Positions 9,196 to 18,350 of a stretch of 32,000 nucleotides of DNA are shown here, piece by piece (positions within the stretch are counted from its first letter, which is position 1; every line of letters begins with the position of its first letter). The notes under the pieces were generated by a model. The model was not told the DNA's origin, did no database searches, and saw only the letters and a program-made list of their open reading frames with translations. Source of the DNA: Methanothermobacter thermautotrophicus str. Delta H (GTDB lineage Archaea > Methanobacteriota > Methanobacteria > Methanobacteriales > Methanothermobacteraceae); assembly GCF_000008645.1 (NCBI RefSeq), contig NC_000916.1, forward strand, positions 1,020,001 through 1,052,000, read 5' to 3'. The position numbers were made by a program, and so were the translations under genes.

Positions 9196-11460
9196 TTAGA
9201 GGAGTTCCTGTGCGGCCTTGAGGAGGAGTCTCTGCTCGGCCCTTGCAACCGTCTTCCTCACCTCTGCAACCGCGTCGGTGTTGCGGATACACTGCTTATC
9301 CCAAGCTCCACCAGTTTCTCAACTATCCGTGGGATGCTGCCTGCTTGGCCACAAATACTTGTCCTGACACCTGCCACGTAGCATATCCTTAAACCCTCTC
9401 TATGAGTTTGAGGACGGCAGGGTGGCCCTCGGTGTAAGGTCGCCACGTGTTCATTGTACCTGTCTATGGCGAGGGTGTACTGGGTGAGGTCATGGTTCCA
9501 ATCTCACAAAGTCAATTCCCTCCTCTATGAAGTCCTCGATTATCAGGGCCGCTGCAGGTGTTTCGACCATTATACCGAATTCAACGTCCCTGTGGGGTTT
9601 AAGGCCAGCCTCCTCAGCGATCATCTTGGCCTTTCTGAGTTCATCAGGGTGCTGGACCAGTGGTATCATTATGCCTATGTTAGTGTAACCCTGCTCATGG
9701 AGTTTCTTTATCGCCCGGAACTCGGCCCTCAGGATCTCGGGTTCATCGAGTTCCCTGCGTATACCCCTCCATCCAAGCATCGGGTTGTGCTCGTAGGGCT
9801 CATTTTCACCGCCCTCAAGGGTTTTGAATTCGTCTGTGGGCGCATCCAGGGTCCTGTACCATACGGGGCGTGGATAGAACTCATCTGCAACCTTAAGGAT
9901 GTTCTCTGCAAGGGTATTGACGAGTTCGTCCTCCCTGCCCTCCTCAATGAACTTCCTGGGGTGCACGCCCGTGGTTAACATCATGTGCTCTGTCCTTAAA
10001 AGTCCAACCCCGTCGGCCCCTGTGGCGGCGGCCTTCCTTGCAGCCTCTGGCATGCTGACGTTGACCTTGACCTCTGTGACTGTCAGAAGGGGTGACTCCA
10101 CGGTGACGGTCTCGGCCTCAGCCTCCTTCTTCTCCCCCTCAATTACACTGCCCTCATAGACGAGTCCCCTGTTACCGTCTATGCTGACGACCTGGTTCTC
10201 CTTGAGGACCTCAGTTGCGTTCCCGGTACCAACAACGCAGGGTATTCCAAGTTCACGGGACACTATGGCTGCATGGCATGTGACACCACCCTCATCGGTT
10301 ATTATGCCGCTGGCCCTCTTCATGGCTGGCACCATGTCGGGGGTTGTCATGACCGTGACGAGAATATCTCCGATCTGTATCTTGTCAAGTTCATGGATCT
10401 CCCTGATTATCTTGACCCTACCTGAGGCAAGGCCCGGGCTTGCACCGAGGCCCTTAACCAGTATCTCCCTGGATTTGACCTCTGTCTCCTCGGTTGCCTC
10501 TCCCAGGGTTGTTATGGGTCTTGACTGGAGCATGTAAACGTCACCATCCATTATGGCCCATTCTGTGTCCTGTGGTGAGCCGTAGTGGTCCTGTATCCTC
10601 CTGCCCATCTCTGCAAGGGCCGCGATCTCCCCGTCAGAGAGAACACGTTTGTTCCGGAGTTCAGGGGGGACCTCCTTCTTCACGGTTCTGCCATCCTCCC
10701 GGGTGAACATTATGTTCTTCTCACCAACAGTAAATTCAAGGAGCTTCCCTGTTCCCTTATCAACCCAGTAGGTGTCAGGGGTGACTGAGCCTGATACAAC
10801 GGCCTCACCAAGGCCCCATGACCCCTCTATTAGTATCCTGTCCTCACCTGTTGATGGGTGGACCGTGAACATGACCCCTGCCTTCTCGGCGTCCACCATC
10901 TCCTGGACAACGACTGCTATGTAAACCTTTGAGTGGTCGAAGTTGTTCTCCTCCCTGTAGAATATGGCCCTGGCCTCAAAGAGGGATGCCCAGCACCTCC
11001 TTACATAATCCAGGACATCCTCGGCGCCCCTGATGTTCAGGAAGGTGTCCTGCTGACCCGCAAAGGATGCTTCGGGGAGGTCCTCTGCCGTGGCTGAGGA
11101 ACGTATGGCTACGTAAACATCATCCTTTCCTATCCTCTGACATAGTGCATTGTAGGACTCTATTATGAGGGTCTGTATGTCCTCCGGTACCTCAGTTGAT
11201 GTTATTATGTCCTTTATCTCGGCTGAAACCCTCTGGAGTTCCTTTGTATCGTTGACATCAAGGTTTTCAAGCATCTCCATGACCACCGGCTGCAGTCCGG
11301 TGTCTGTCATGAACTTGTCATAGGTCGCCGCTGTTACAACAAAACCCGGGGGGACGGGTATGCCTGCCTGTGTCAGTTCACCCAGGTTGGCCCCCTTTCC
11401 ACCGGCTATTCCCACATCATCCTTACCGAGTTCCTCAAAAAACGCCACATACTTAACCAT
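9196..11460 (-). CDS. ppsA: phosphoenolpyruvate synthase (PEP/pyruvate,water dikinase); C-terminal ~95 codons readable only across several frame changes
   Basis: N-terminal ATP-grasp region (MVKYVAFFEELGKDDVGIAGGKGANLGEL), phospho-His swivel motif GGVTCHAAIVSRELGIPCVVG, and PEP-utilizer TIM barrel. The intact frame ends at TGA 9490-9492, and the rest of the family C-terminus is spread over three frames down to TAA 9196-9198. Start taken at ATG 11460; the track extension to 11544 overlaps rpl10e. Confidence 0.85.
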
Positions 11461-11515
11461 TTTATCCCCTGGACTAGCTGTGTGATGATTATTGAATTTG
11501 AAAAAAATTAGAGGT

Positions 11516-11998
11516 TTATTTAACCAGTTCCTCGCCCCTGTCAATGACGATCCTGCATGGCACCGGGAACTTCATTGCAGCCCTTCTGAGGGCTTCCTTG
11601 GCATCCTTGAAGTTCTTCTTGTTCGTTTCGATTGTAATTATCTTCTGGTTCTTCTTAACGAGTGCCACAGTACTTACAGGTTTACCGAAGGCCTTCCTCA
11701 TACCGTCCTGTACACGGTCAGCCCCGGCACCGGTCGCCATGGGGTTTTCACGTACAATGTGGTGGGGGTAAACCCTTATTTTGAGGTGGTAACCCATCCT
11801 ACCGGCCCTCCTCTGCATGTAACGGTTTGAAGCTATCCTGGCAGCCTCAAGGGCGTTGTGGGTTATCTGGGTGGGTGCCTTGACGGCCACACTCAGTGAA
11901 ATAGGGAATTCAGCTGAGAGGTTACCCATATCATATTGAACGATCTTTGAACCTGGAATCTTCTTGATATATTCTCTTCTTGTGTATGCACGAACCAT
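11516..11998 (-). CDS. rpl10e: 50S ribosomal protein L10e (uL16)
   Basis: 160 aa. [26 protein letters not shown]... and [29 protein letters not shown] are characteristic of archaeal L10e. AGGAGGA RBS upstream. Confidence 0.9.
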
Positions 11999-12160
11999 AA
12001 ATAATCCTCCTGTGATCCTGTGAGAATAACTATGAAATGAGTATCTCGGTAACCATTAATAAATATTGTCTTGGACAGCAAAGAGTTAATAGATAACCTG
12101 AAAATATAAGGATACATATAATTAGCAGGGATGGTTTTTAAAAGTTTCCATGGTGTCATC

Positions 12161-12952
12161 ATGAAGATAGCCATAACAGGTAAGGGTGGGGTCGGCAAGA
12201 CAACCATAGCCGGGACCCTGGCCTGCATATTCTCAGAGAACTTCCAGGTCTTTGCCATAGACGCTGACCCTGATATGAACCTGGCATCCAGCATAGGGAT
12301 AAAGGGGGATGTGGAGCCGATATCAAGGATGAAGGATGTTATAAGGGAGCGAACCGGTGCTGAGCCGGGTTCCTCCTTCGGTGAGGTCTTCAAGCTAAAC
12401 CCCAGGATAGGTGACCTCCCGGATTCCCTCTCAATTGAACATCCCCTCCGCCCCGGCCTCAGGGTCATGGTGATGGGCACCGTTGAACATGGAGGTGAGG
12501 GATGCGTATGCCCGGCCTCGGTGCTCCTCAAGGCCCTGCTGAGGCACCTGATACTCAGGAAGGATGAGATGGTTATACTGGACATGGAGGCGGGGATAGA
12601 GCACCTTGGAAGGAGAACCGCTGAATCCGTGGACCTCATGGTGGTGGTGGTTGAACCCGGCCTCAAATCACTTGAAACCGCTGAAAGGATAAAGAAGCTC
12701 GCAGGTGACATTGGAGTGAAGAGGATAATGGCAGTGATAAACAAGGTCTCAGATATCCATGAGGAGGAATTCATGAGGGAGCGACTCGCATCCCTTAACC
12801 TGGAGGTCCTTGGATCGGTGCCAAGGGATGAAAAGGTTATAGCCGCGGATATGAGGGGAGAACCCCTCATGATGTACCCTGATTCAGAGGCACTGAGGTC
12901 CATAAGGGACATCTCAGAGAGGATAATATCACTCCAGGAGGAGGTGGGATGA
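12161..12952 (+). CDS. cooC: CooC/AcsF-type nickel-insertion ATPase (MinD/ParA superfamily)
   Basis: Deviant Walker A GKGGVGKTT at the N-terminus. CxC metal motif GGEGCVCPAS as in CooC. ATG 12161 has GGTG 5 nt upstream, so the 10 extra codons of the track ORF are rejected. Confidence 0.7.
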   Translation: MKIAITGKGGVGKTTIAGTLACIFSENFQVFAIDADPDMNLASSIGIKGDVEPISRMKDVIRERTGAEPGSSFGEVFKLNPRIGDLPDSLSIEHPLRPGLRVMVMGTVEHGGEGCVCPASVLLKALLRHLILRKDEMVILDMEAGIEHLGRRTAESVDLMVVVVEPGLKSLETAERIKKLAGDIGVKRIMAVINKVSDIHEEEFMRERLASLNLEVLGSVPRDEKVIAADMRGEPLMMYPDSEALRSIRDISERIISLQEEVG

Positions 12953-12953
12953 G

Positions 12954-13226
12954 ATGAATCCTGAACTACAGCCCCAAAACAGGCAGAAGAAAATGATGAT
13001 ATCCATAACCATAAAAGCAGAATATGAATCCAGGGAGGAGGCCGAGATCATGAAAAGGGCCCTTGAACCAGATAACGCATCATTTGTTGAATCCGAAATT
13101 CAGGGCTCCGAGGTCAGGTTCACCACAGAGGCGGATTCCATTGGCACCGCCCTCAACACCGCAGATGACCTTATATTCTCTGAGATGGTGGTTGAGAAGA
13201 TGATGAAACCATGTGATACTGACTGA
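12954..13226 (+). CDS. small protein, probably KEOPS subunit Pcc1-like
   Basis: 90 aa. Pattern ISITIKAEYESREEAEIMKRALEPDN...EVRFTTEADSIGTALNTADDL resembles archaeal Pcc1 (beta-alpha-beta-beta-alpha with the 'L.PDN' motif). Strong RBS GGAGGAGGTGGG; start is 1 nt after the cooC-like stop. Confidence 0.5.
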   Translation: MNPELQPQNRQKKMMISITIKAEYESREEAEIMKRALEPDNASFVESEIQGSEVRFTTEADSIGTALNTADDLIFSEMVVEKMMKPCDTD

Positions 13227-13265
13227 ATTATTGAAATTAGGTGTGAATAAATAAACGGTGATCGG

Positions 13266-14807
13266 ATGAAATTCAAACTCAAGGGAATAATAAAACTCAG
13301 CAAAGAGGTTCCTGGGATAGAGGATGACCTGGAAAAATTCTTCACTGAAGCCGAATCAGACATCCTGCGCAGGGGAGTCCCCGAGGGGCAGGAACATGAA
13401 GCAGCCCATATAAAATCCTGGAGACTTGAAGGCGACACACTCCACATTGAGATGGAGTCAGGGAGACGGGTCAGGGCCCATGATGGTCTTCTAAGGCTCA
13501 AGAAACCCCTTGGACAGTTACTCGGGCCAAAGTACAGGGTGGGTGTTAGGGGGATATCAGTCACCGATTACACCATGGAAATGAAGGCCCCGGGTGTATC
13601 AGGTATCCCCAGCCTGGCTGAACTGCCCTTCGTGGAGGACGCCGCCATCACAGATGGCACCATAATGGTCAGATTCCAGCCCCTGGAGGAATCCGACCTG
13701 AGGAAACACGTGTTCGACCGTGTGGTGAAGCACGCCAGGACCCTTGTTGAATCATCAGATGACCTGACGGTACAGGTCACAAGGGCAACGCCCGGTGAGA
13801 TAATTGCCAGGAGCAGGAGCAGGGATTTTTTCTTTGAGGGTGACCCCACAGAGGAGGCTATGCGCCTTGGATGGGTCAAGAAGTTCCCTGGAAGGGGACA
13901 GTGGTTCTACGGTCCAAAGATAACCGCCCTCCACCGGGCCCTGGAGGAGTTCTTCATTGAAAGGATTGTGAAACCCCTGGGATTTGTTGAGTGCCTCTTC
14001 CCCAAACTCATACCCCTTGACATCATGAACAAGATGAGGTACCTTGAGGGCCTCCCTGAGGGGATGTACTACTGCAGCGCCCCGAGCAGGGACCCTGAGA
14101 CCTTTGAGGAGTTCAAAAATGAGCTCATCATAAACCGGGAGGTTCCCATGGATCTGCTTAAGAGGGGAATAAAGGATCCCGGTTACGTTATAGCCCCGGC
14201 CCAGTGCGAACCCTTCTACCAGTTCCTCTCACACGAGGTTGTGAGTGCTGAGGACCTCCCAGTAAAGTTCTTTGACAGGAGCGGCTGGACCTACAGGTGG
14301 GAGGCCGGAGGGTCCAAGGGCCTTGACAGGGTCCATGAATTCCAGAGGGTGGAACTCGTATGGCTGGCCGAACCAGGAGAGACAGAGGAGATACGTGACC
14401 GGACAGTTGAACTCTCACATGATGCCGCCGATGAACTGGAACTTGAATGGTACACAGAGGTGGGTGATGACCCCTTCTACCTGGAGGGCCGGAAGGTTGA
14501 GGAGAGGGGTATAGAGTTCCCTGATGTTCCAAAGTATGAGATGAGGCTCTCACTCCCTGGAAGGGAGAAGGGGGTTGCAGTTGTATCAGCCAATGTCCAT
14601 GGCACCCACTTCATCGAGGGCTTCTCAATAAGGGAGGCCCGTAACCTGAACATCTGGACCGGCTGCACCGGCATAGGGCTCTCAAGGTGGATCTATGGTT
14701 TCCTGGCCCAGAAGGGCTTTGAGACCGGGAACTGGCCAGACTTCATAGGAGAACGTGTTGAAGGAGTTGAGAACCCGAGAATCATAACCTGGCCGCGCCA
14801 GGACTGA
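13266..14807 (+). CDS. serS: seryl-tRNA synthetase, methanogen (type-2, atypical) form
   Basis: 513 aa. The long idiosyncratic N-terminal domain plus a class II core is typical of the rare methanogen-type SerRS rather than the bacterial type. GGTGAT RBS. Confidence 0.85.
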   Translation: MKFKLKGIIKLSKEVPGIEDDLEKFFTEAESDILRRGVPEGQEHEAAHIKSWRLEGDTLHIEMESGRRVRAHDGLLRLKKPLGQLLGPKYRVGVRGISVTDYTMEMKAPGVSGIPSLAELPFVEDAAITDGTIMVRFQPLEESDLRKHVFDRVVKHARTLVESSDDLTVQVTRATPGEIIARSRSRDFFFEGDPTEEAMRLGWVKKFPGRGQWFYGPKITALHRALEEFFIERIVKPLGFVECLFPKLIPLDIMNKMRYLEGLPEGMYYCSAPSRDPETFEEFKNELIINREVPMDLLKRGIKDPGYVIAPAQCEPFYQFLSHEVVSAEDLPVKFFDRSGWTYRWEAGGSKGLDRVHEFQRVELVWLAEPGETEEIRDRTVELSHDAADELELEWYTEVGDDPFYLEGRKVEERGIEFPDVPKYEMRLSLPGREKGVAVVSANVHGTHFIEGFSIREARNLNIWTGCTGIGLSRWIYGFLAQKGFETGNWPDFIGERVEGVENPRIITWPRQD

Positions 14808-14821
14808 ATGGTGGTGATGCC

Positions 14822-15169
14822 TTGAACTGCGACAAACACCCTGAACGTGAGGGTGTGGCCTCATGCATAATATGCGGGAGGATACTCTGCGAGGAGTGCC
14901 GGCTTAAACTCGCCGGCAAGAACTACTGCCAGAGCTGCGCAGATAAGCTCTTCCAGGAAAGATCCGGAGAACCTGTGAAAGGGAAGGGGATGGGTCTGGG
15001 GGCTAAAATCCTCATCGCCCTCCTCATAATCCTCTGTGTCCTTGCACTGGTATCCTACCTGATCTACACGGTGTACCTTGCACCATACTATGGAAGTGCT
15101 GAGAACGTCATGAGGATACTCATGAATGACCCTGAAAGGATAATAAGATTCCTCTCAGCTAACATCTAA
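14822..15169 (+). CDS. B-box-type zinc-ribbon protein with one C-terminal transmembrane helix
   Basis: NCDKHPEREGVASCIICGRILCEECRLKLAGKNYCQSCA (C-x2-H ... C-x2-C ... C-x2-C ... C-x2-C) followed by the hydrophobic segment ILIALLIILCVLALVSYLIY. TTG start; start uncertain (see finding). Confidence 0.5.
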   Translation: MNCDKHPEREGVASCIICGRILCEECRLKLAGKNYCQSCADKLFQERSGEPVKGKGMGLGAKILIALLIILCVLALVSYLIYTVYLAPYYGSAENVMRILMNDPERIIRFLSANI

Positions 15170-15240
15170 ACCACTGAAATAGGAGTCAGAGCAGCTAAGA
15201 TTCCTCTCAGCTAACATCTAAACCACTGAAATAGGAGTCA
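15144..15240. repeat. two identical 45-bp direct repeats separated by 7 bp (52-bp period)
   Basis: taagattcctctcagctaacatctaaaccactgaaataggagtca occurs at 15144-15188 and again at 15196-15240. Copy 1 contains the last 8 codons and the stop of the zinc-ribbon gene. Confidence 0.95.
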
Positions 15241-15249
15241 TTGGCAAAC

Positions 15250-16400
15250 TCAAACCATACCCTCAAGCCTCTCAGGATACTTCAGCTCCCTGAACTCAAC
15301 CATGAAGGTTGTCCATTCATTTGAATGGCAATCAATACTCCCCTCAAGCTGTTTCACCAGATTCTTAACAAGCTCCAGGCCGATGCCGGCTGATTCCTGA
15401 AGGCTGAAGTTATCGGGAAGGCCCCGCCATTATCAGCCACCACCAGAATGAATCCATCATCCCGGGCCTCAAGGGATATTCTGATGGTTCCACCATCAGT
15501 AAATGCATGCCTGAGGCTGTTGGATACAAGTTCGCCCACTATGAGGCCCAGTGGAACGGCTGTCTCAATATTGAACTCCACATCAGGTACATCCAGCTCG
15601 AATTCGGCGGCTGATTGATACATGTCACGGAGGTAGCCTGTGAGGCCCGAGACATAGGATGCGAAGCTGATGCTGCTGGACTCGGGGCTTGATAGAAGCA
15701 TCTCATGGATCACCGCAATTGACTTTATCCTCAGCTGAAGACTCCTCATGATCTCGGCGTGCTCCCGGGGCATTTTGGAGGACTGGATGCTTATCAGGCT
15801 GGATATTATCTGCAGGTTATTTTTGACGCGGTGATGGAGTTCTGCAAGGAGTGTTCTGTTGGCCTCAAGGGACCTCCTTGCAGCCTCCTCTGAATTCTTT
15901 ATATCTGTGAGGTCCTCGAAGATTCCAAGGAATCCGCCCTCGATTCTGGTGATGACCACACGGAGCCACCTTCCATCCATCCTTACCATGAATTCCCTGT
16001 CAGGGCCGGGTTCGAGGTCCGGGTGGATCTCACCAATCAGCATGCCATCCAGGGAATCACCATGGAACCTCCCCATGGCAGGGTTGGATTCAAGTATTCT
16101 GCCGTAGGTGTCCATGAGGACCACACCCAGAGGAAGTTCCATGAAGAGTGATCGGAACTTATGCTCGCTGATCCTCAGTGCCCTCTCCTTATCAGTGAGG
16201 GATCTGAGGTATAACTTAAGGAGAAAATAGAGAAGTAAAGACGTTAAAATTATGAAGAGTGAGCCCTTGAGAACAGATAACCTCACCATAACGTGGGGCT
16301 GGAACATGAGGGCTACAAGGTAATCAGAGGATAGAATCCAGAGTATGCTGAAGAGGGCATAGTAGAGTGCTATCCTGAGTGCATCTCTTTCTGGATCCAT
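15250..16400 (-). CDS. membrane PAS-domain sensor histidine kinase (HisKA_2-type H-box), frame broken in the ATPase domain
   Basis: N-terminal TM helices, then a PAS-like region, H-box ELHHRVKNNLQIISSLISIQ and N-box GLIVGELVSNSLRHAF. The track ORF ends at 15354. In another frame the G-boxes continue (GLPDNFSLQESAGIGLELVKNLVKQLEGSI...) to TGA 15250-15252. The shift lies at the C/G run 15421-15425. Confidence 0.75.
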
Positions 16401-16420
16401 GTATTGATTATGGTTGTGGA

Positions 16421-16434
16421 AATATAATAAATTT
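16421..16434 (-). promoter_or_regulatory. candidate TATA box for the histidine kinase gene (leaderless-type spacing)
   Basis: The minus strand reads AAATTTATTATATT centred about 27 nt upstream of ATG 16400, and there is no Shine-Dalgarno sequence before the ATG. Pattern only. Confidence 0.3.
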
Positions 16435-16480
16435 GGTGACCTCTGGGTAGGACAAAAACAGATTACAGGATATGGGGGAA

Positions 16481-17233
16481 TTAATCCTCCCCTGCATCCT
16501 CAACCTCTTCCTCCTTTTCTTCAGCTTCCATGTCCCTCTTTTCGAAGACATCGGCGAATTCGACCTTCTCAACACCTTCGATGTTCTCCCAGATGTCACG
16601 GGCTATCCTGAACCTTGCAAGGGTCACGTCCATGTATGACCTGTTATCGAAACGGGTCATCTCATCCATATGTATTATAACTTTCCCGTCCTCTATTTTA
16701 ACCTCTGTCTTGTCTATGTCCATGTTCTGGGACGGGTAGTGGAGCTGGATCATGCTCTTTACCTTCTCAGCATCATCCGTGATTATCTCCTTAACCTTTA
16801 AATCGTATTCAAGGGTTTTTCCTGCCAGTTCATGGTTGAAGTCAACCCTCACGCGACCTCCTGAGACATTGAGAACCCTGCCCTCATGGCCCTCAACGGT
16901 GAGTGTCATTCCAGGGTATGGCTTTATGCCCTGCCTTTTGAACTCGCCCATGGGTATGAGCTGAACGAGCTTGGGGTCCCTGTTACCGAAGGCGTCCTCG
17001 GGTTCGATCTCGACGTGTTTCTCTTCGCCTTCCTCCATTCCGATGACGGCCTCATCGAGGCCCTTTATGAGGTGTCCGCCGCCAACAACAACGGGTATGG
17101 GGCCGAATATCTTCTTTATGCCGAGCCCTGCTTCCCTGGCAACCTCCTCGTATGTTGTGTCAAAGACCTCGCCGGTCTCCTTGACCTTACCTGTGAATTC
17201 TATTTTTATAAAGTCTCCTTTATTCACTGCCAT
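16481..17233 (-). CDS. long-type archaeal FKBP peptidyl-prolyl cis-trans isomerase with acidic C-terminal tail
   Basis: 250 aa. The FKBP domain with an IF-type insert starts [22 protein letters not shown] and includes [23 protein letters not shown] and [16 protein letters not shown]. Start overlaps the upstream gene by 10 nt. Confidence 0.85.
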
Positions 17234-18321
17234 ATCTCTAGCCTCCTGTGTGGTATTCTATCTTTAAATTCTTTCAGGATCTGTTTATCCTTAAATCCAA
17301 GAATTCGAATTACTGATGGATAATTTTCTATATATTTATGGACCAGTCCCTTATGAACCTTTGCCTCAAGAACCGATAGTATGCGCTGCCTGTGGTGTCT
17401 GCTGAATGATGGGGGTATGGCCTCCTCAACCTCCCTCAGGGTCATGTACGGTCTTCCCCTGATAAGGGCAGAGGCTGTGACCTCATCGAAGAGGTTAAGG
17501 TCCATGAGCTCGTCCATTCCAGGTTCACTGGCGTTCCTGATTATCTCATCCTCAAGGCGCATGTCATGGAGGGGTGCCCTTCCAGCTTCAATCTCCTCAC
17601 TCAGGACATCCATGGTCTCCGGGGGTAGCATGCCGGCTACCCTCTGAAGGTCCCCATCAGAGACCGCCCTCCGTATCTCTGTGCCGCTCACACCACCGAT
17701 CCTCTCCACGAAGATGAACTTCCCCCTGAAGTCAAATCCAAGCTTACCCAGGGCCCTTGCGAGTGAGGTGATGACGTAGTTGTCCTCCTCCAGTGGGCCC
17801 TTCAGCAGTGTTTCTCCTTTGTCAAGGTCCACGATCCTGTGGGGCCTTGGCACAACCCTGTGGCCCAGGTTTATCCTCCTCAGGACCTCCTCAAAGCCCG
17901 GGATGGGCCGGTAGCCCCGAGGTATCCAGTCTGCATCCAGCGCCCTGAACATGCCTGCAAGGCAGAGTGAGTACTGGCCTGAACCCATAACCCCCATGGG
18001 TGGGCCCTCAACAGCTATGTCTGCCCCTGCACGTATGGCTATTGCTGCCCTCGCCTCACGGGTCATCATGTAGGGCAGACCCCTCCCGTTACGCTCGAGG
18101 GGGCCTGGTATAACCGCAACGAAGAGTCCTTCGGGCACCCTCCTCTTTGCCTCCATCATGCAGTGCCTGTGTCCGATGTGGAAGGGGGAGTACTCGGTGA
18201 AGTCTGCAATGATTTCAGGTTCATCAGCATGGTCACCATACTCAGGCCCCATATCCGCATCATTCTCCATTATCTGAAGGTCCCTTCCCATGATCTTCTT
18301 CAGAAAGGATTCCGATGGCAT
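17224..18321 (-). CDS. HIGH-motif nucleotidyltransferase of the UPF0348/COG1323 (TmcAL-like) family
   Basis: [19 protein letters not shown]...FVAVIPG...RG.P...[21 protein letters not shown] aligns by eye with the N-terminal catalytic region of bacterial TmcAL/YlbM (EYNPFHNGHLYHLNEAKK...VIAVMSGNFLQRGEP...ARTKMALQAGVDLVIELP). No RBS, and the ATG lies about 25 nt from an AT-rich box. Confidence 0.6.
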
Positions 18322-18342
18322 AATATTAATCTGTCCCGCGAG

Positions 18343-18350
18343 ATAAATAA
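18343..18350. promoter_or_regulatory. candidate shared (bidirectional) TATA element between the nucleotidyltransferase gene and pyrC
   Basis: ATAAATAA (minus strand: TTATTTAT) lies about 25 nt from ATG 18321 on the minus strand and directly before the 49-bp repeat array on the plus strand. Confidence 0.3.

Noticed and set aside
9454-9978. 174-aa plus-strand ORF
   Set aside because: It is antisense to the conserved PEP-utilizer domain of ppsA and has no motifs.
11461-11544. 28-codon 5' extension of ppsA
   Set aside because: It overlaps the 3' end of rpl10e. The family N-terminus (MVKYVAFFEELG...) starts at ATG 11460.
11893-12912. 339-aa ORF on the minus strand, longer than the plus-strand gene it overlaps
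   Set aside because: It is antisense to the CooC-like gene, which has a clear Walker A and CxC motif. The ORF is Ser/Leu/Arg-rich, as mirror frames of GC-biased codons usually are. It has no recognisable motif and runs into rpl10e.
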